Shown here: piece by piece, positions 7,243-10,999 of the stretch
How positions within the stretch are numbered: position 1 is the stretch's first letter
Layout: the number at the start of each line of letters is the position of its first letter
Source: Candidatus Heimdallarchaeota archaeon
GTDB taxonomy: Archaea > Asgardarchaeota > Heimdallarchaeia > Heimdallarchaeales > Heimdallarchaeaceae
NCBI GenBank assembly: GCA_016839945.1
Contig: JAEOTE010000070.1
Location: forward strand, 1-10,999
Reading direction: 5' to 3'
Length of the DNA: 10,999 bases
The notes under the pieces: generated by a model
The model's database searches: none
Told to the model about the DNA's origin: nothing
What the model saw: only the letters and a program-made list of their open reading frames with translations
Made by a program: the position numbers and the translations under genes

Positions 7243-7983
7243 TTAGATTGAATACCAAACTTCTCCTCTTTTATCAACTTCTATATTGATAAAATCTGTT
7301 TCTTCAGCAAGGTATTCAATTCTCTCACCCAACTCTCCTCTCCAAACTCTCATTCTACTGGCAAGCTCTGTAAGAGAAACACGAATTTCTACTCTATTTA
7401 TCAAAATCTTGAAGATACTTCTAATTATTTGTCTATCTTGGTAATTTACAAAAACATCTTCTATAATTTTATTAAAAAGGTTAAATGAGTTATTTATTTC
7501 TTGCACATAGTCTCTCCTTTTATCATCGAGTTTTCTAATCTCATCTACCTTGGATTTTACAAAATTCCTAATCTTTACTAGCTCTTGTGATGTTTGCTTT
7601 CGAATTATCTCTGATTCTTTTTCTTTCTTTTCTGTCACTTCTTCTAATGTATCTTCTGTTGTAAAATATTTCACATCGAGAGTATTCTGCCCAACGTCTA
7701 TAATTAAAGAAAAAGCACTGTTCAAACTAGCATAAGTTCTTTGAGGTCCTTTATCGCTATCTCTTGTTATAAAAGATATAATTCCCATTTTTTCAAGTTC
7801 TTTTAAATAATCTTTGATGATTCTTGGAGATATATCTAAAATTCGTGAAATTTGAAAAGGATAAAGATCTTCCGCTGCAAGTAATTCTAGAATGCTTCTT
7901 CTAGTAGTGTTTGATATGAAATCTAATAATTGCAAGACATCCAATTCATCTTTCTCTTTGTTTGTTCCCAGAATTTTACTCAC
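7243..7983 (-). CDS. ArsR-type winged-HTH regulator, Phr/HSR1 (COG1777)-like heat-shock regulator
   Basis: The N-terminal wHTH (SNTTRRSILELLA...ISRILDISPRIIKDYLKELEKMGII...GPQRTYASLNSAFSLIIDV) resembles Pyrococcus Phr as I recall it. A coiled coil and a C-terminal HTH-like segment follow. It is adjacent to cdc48 and hsp20. GTG start. Confidence 0.8.
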   Translation of the reverse strand: MSKILGTNKEKDELDVLQLLDFISNTTRRSILELLAAEDLYPFQISRILDISPRIIKDYLKELEKMGIISFITRDSDKGPQRTYASLNSAFSLIIDVGQNTLDVKYFTTEDTLEEVTEKKEKESEIIRKQTSQELVKIRNFVKSKVDEIRKLDDKRRDYVQEINNSFNLFNKIIEDVFVNYQDRQIIRSIFKILINRVEIRVSLTELASRMRVWRGELGERIEYLAEETDFINIEVDKRGEVWYSI

Positions 7984-8007
7984 CTTTTAATGTGTTAAAT
8001 AATGGGA

Positions 8008-10257
<2,250 letters not shown>

Positions 10258-10276
10258 TCAGTTTATTTTTCTAAAA

Positions 10277-10942
10277 TCAATTAATCGAAATATCTGTCTC
10301 TTCACCATTAGTAGAATCTAGAAGCTTCAATTTGACTTCTAGAATACCATGTTTCATAGTAGCAGAGATTTTCTCATCTTTATTGATAGCATATTTGATT
10401 GGTATTTTAGTGTCAATCTGTTTTTTACTGTTATCAGCAATTAACTGTAAATCTTGTCTCAATAATTTCAAATCAACATGTTCTTTAGCAAATCCTGGCA
10501 ATTCAACAATAAGGTAAAGCTCATTATTTTCCTTGTTAACTTGAAGATCATAAGCAACCTCATAACCTTCTTTAGCTTCAGGTTGTAAAATTTCAACAGG
10601 ATCCTCTCTACCAGCCATTAAACTTGGTCGATCAAATCCACCAAACAAACGGTCAAAACTTGGAAAAATCTCTGAAAATCTTTCTAAAGATTTAGAGACG
10701 AAGTCATTATTCCAATTAAATGACCTATCAAGATTCTGGATGCGATCAATGAATTCTTTGCCAAATTCTTCAGGTATCTCTCCTAATTCGCGATATTCTT
10801 CTTTACCATCAGAATCACGTTTATAGTCGTAACCATATTCCTTTCCTACTCCATCAATATTAGAGTAGAATCTAACACTTCTAAATTCTTCATTAAAGCC
10901 CTTTCTTATTTCATCTTTGTCTTTTTTTTCCTTTTTGTTCAT
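10277..10942 (-). CDS. hsp20: Small heat-shock protein (Hsp20/alpha-crystallin domain)
   Basis: Motifs LIVELPGFAKEHVDL and ATMKHGILEVKL, plus the C-terminal IXI motif (ISI). Start reassigned to ATG 10942, after SD AGGTGAG (10953-10947). Confidence 0.88.
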   Translation of the reverse strand: MNKKEKKDKDEIRKGFNEEFRSVRFYSNIDGVGKEYGYDYKRDSDGKEEYRELGEIPEEFGKEFIDRIQNLDRSFNWNNDFVSKSLERFSEIFPSFDRLFGGFDRPSLMAGREDPVEILQPEAKEGYEVAYDLQVNKENNELYLIVELPGFAKEHVDLKLLRQDLQLIADNSKKQIDTKIPIKYAINKDEKISATMKHGILEVKLKLLDSTNGEETDISIN

Positions 10943-10956
10943 TAAACTCACCTTTT

Positions 10957-10983
10957 TACTGAACAAGTAAGTAACTTTCAGTA
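10957..10983. repeat. Inverted repeat TACTGAA-N13-TTCAGTA upstream of hsp20
   Basis: Perfect 7-bp arms at 10957-10963 and 10977-10983. Confidence 0.6.
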
Positions 10984-10999
10984 TTGGACTTTTTGTTCA

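Overview
AT-rich archaeal core-genome window. The gene content is clearly archaeal; an Asgard/TACK-like lineage is plausible but cannot be proven from this window. The + strand carries the 3' part of rps2, then mvk and ipk, followed directly by rpl7ae-rps28e-rpl24e-ndk-infB (aIF5B). The - strand carries a heat-shock module (hsp20, cdc48/VAT, Phr/HSR1-like wHTH regulator) followed by tiaS, converging on infB. I found no mobile elements, CRISPR arrays, tRNA or rRNA genes. The most interesting signals are non-coding: (i) a k-turn that sequesters the rpl7ae Shine-Dalgarno; (ii) a K-loop hairpin plus a second hairpin behind a TATA-like box in the infB/tiaS gap, a candidate L7Ae-binding small RNA; (iii) an hsp20 leader with mutually exclusive pairings over the SD/AUG and a 7-13-7 palindrome, a candidate thermoswitch and/or operator.
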